Positions 61,895-64,000 of a stretch of DNA of 64,000 nt are shown here, one piece after another; position 1 is the first letter of the stretch; each line of letters starts with the position of its first letter. Position numbers and translations under genes: made by a program. This DNA is from Chiloscyllium plagiosum (taxonomy: Eukaryota): assembly GCF_004010195.1 (NCBI RefSeq), contig NC_057728.1:26936699-27000698 (forward strand), read 5' to 3'. The notes under the pieces were generated by a model that had not been told where the DNA came from, did no database searches, and saw only the letters and a list, made by a program, of their open reading frames with translations.

Positions 61895-63863
61895 TGAGCA
61901 GGTACAACACATAGAGATTAAATCTTTTAAGAAAATTCTTTCATACTGTTTTGTTCATACAAAGAACAGAGAAAGGGAAATTATGTTTTTCATTCCAGTT
62001 CCCTCATTCTCAAGACAGAGTTTCACTGAAAACCTCCCAGTGCCCTTCCTGCAGACTCCTACCCTACCCACAGCCTTAAACCAATTACAGTACCCTGATC
62101 CCCTAATCAAAGGTGATTCAGATAGTGAACTAAAAAGCAGTAAATGTGGGAGAGAAGTGACCTCTGATTGGAGGAGCAGCTTCATGGAAGATTCCACAGT
62201 TGCACATGCTTATATTTTGTACAATAGCTTTTTGATCACATAGGTCCCTGCAGGCTGGTGGTTGGACAAGCCTGGTGCATATGATCCCATTGTACCATTT
62301 GAAGAGTAGATTTTTTTTTTTTAGATTACATTACAGTGTGGAAACAGGCCCTTCAGCCCAACAAGTCCACACCGACCTGCCGAAGCGCAACCCACCCATA
62401 CCCCTACATTTGCCCCTTACCTAACACTATGGGCAATTTAGCATGGCCAATTCACCTGACCTGCACATCTTTGGACAGTGGGAGGAAACCGGAGCACCCG
62501 GAGGAAACCCACGCAGACACGGGGAGAACGAGTAGTTCCCCCTCAATTAATGCTGCTCAGAAAGCATGCTTACTTAGTGGCCTCTGGGATCTTGCTGTGA
62601 ATAATTTGCTACATTGCAATCAGAACCGCATTTCAGAAAATCTATGTTGAATGTCATGCATTTCTGTTCTTTAAGAGTGCTTTATAAAGGTAAGTGTATT
62701 TATTTAAATGTTGTGCCCAATTCTAATGGTATATGGACATCAGCCAATCTGTTAAAGACCAGGCAGCAATCTTATGGAAGAAGCCTAAATGATAAATGGA
62801 GAGGTTGAAGTGAGCTGACCAGTTGCCAGAAATTAACAAAGAGACAGAACCGCAAATATTATAGACCTGAAATACAAAGGGGAAAGTAAACAACAAAAAT
62901 GCAGAAGATTCATCAGCACATTTTAGAAAAGAGATAATTGTCATAATCTGCATGTTCTCATTATAGATGTGAGGTGAATGATGGTCCAGCAATTTTTGTT
63001 TTTATCTGGATTTCAGATCCTGGAGGGATTTAAAATATGTTTTCATTATTTTCATGTGAAAATGAAACCTGCATTAGCAATTTATTTTCTTTCCTATATG
63101 GTCTATTAAAAAATTGTGCAGGACTCAACTGCACAGCATCACAGCAAATATTATCCAGAATGTCATTTATGAATAACAAATTAAAAGATTATATTTTTTT
63201 CAGCATTTTTCAGCTATTCAACAAGAGTGCCGTGAGAGCTGTTTGTTTGATACCCCGCTGTGCATTGTCACAGTTTGAGGCACTGTGAGCTTGACCTTTC
63301 CACTGATTACTGTAGAGTCAGATAAACGGGGAACAAACAGATGGCAGTGGATGGAGTGTAAACTTACACCCTGAACAACTGAAAGCATCTCCTGGTCTGA
63401 ATGGCTTTTTAAAACTCAGGTTTATGATATCTGGGTGATACAGGTTTTAAATACAAATAATAAAAACTTGCTTCATTTTAAGGATGGATTCAGTTTGACA
63501 TTGTCCTCAATAAACAGGGTGAAAAACTGCATCTAATCCAGTGAAGCTTAATCAATAAGTTACCCGACTATGTCAAAACAGACTAATGTACATAGTTCAT
63601 TTTGGAAAATTTTGTCAAGTTTTATTTTCGAAATACCCGATACTGTGTGTTGAAACTAATACAGAGCAGGGCTATAAGGATGAAGCAGGACCCGTTTTCA
63701 TTTATGTGTAGACACCATGAATACGACTTATTTTCTTTTGTGTAAATAAGGTTGTGAGGTGATGAGCAGGTACAACACAGAATTTTCTTAAAAGTTGTAA
63801 TCTCTTTCAGACTATTTTGTTAATACAAAAAAACTGAGGAAGGGAAATTATGTTCTTCATTCC
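61895..63863 (+). repeat. Dispersed ~100-bp direct repeat (61895-61996 and 63763-63863) with an internal 27-bp inversion
   Basis: Shared tgagcaggtacaacac...agggaaattatgtt.ttcattcc; the middle segment is reverse-complemented between the copies. Confidence 0.85.
62321..62530 (-). mobile_element. Young HE1-type SINE, 5'-truncated
   Basis: Antisense of 13717-13924, followed by a Deu-domain-like remnant at about 62550-62700. Confidence 0.9.
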
Positions 63864-64000
63864 TGAATTTTAGACATTGGGTAGAAATTTCCTGACAGTT
63901 TTATACATTGCTGCCAATTCTTTGGCAGGTTTTGGATGGTTTGCACTGTAACTGAGATGATATTCGTATCCTTTATGGGAAGGTTAACTTGTGCTGTGTG

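Overview
Vertebrate genomic DNA, almost certainly from a shark: it carries HE1-type SINEs, HER1/CR1 LINEs and SacSINE/Deu-type SINEs, probably from a carpet or bamboo shark (inference). Genes are the first coding exon of TSPO (minus strand, rest of the gene off the left edge) and a complete four-coding-exon MCAT (mitochondrial malonyl-CoA:ACP transacylase, plus strand, 9981-26537, 400 aa). They lie head-to-head around a CpG-rich candidate bidirectional promoter (about 6100-6650) built from a ~28-bp tandem repeat of PBX/PREP-like and GC-box motifs. I could not confidently identify a gene in the remaining ~37 kb; BIK is expected by human synteny but no BH3 exon was found. That stretch is dominated by retroelements. 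The most notable items are: (1) short, often palindromic Penelope-derived elements from at least four families, carrying minimal hammerhead-ribozyme cores and 11-15 bp target-site duplications; (2) a ~190-bp near-perfect inverted repeat in non-repeat-looking DNA (56249-57329); (3) four RFX X-box palindromes within 13.4 kb; (4) a duplicated 100-bp segment with a 27-bp micro-inversion. Repeat boundaries were read by eye and are approximate. Most ORFs in the supplied track are repeat-derived or spurious.
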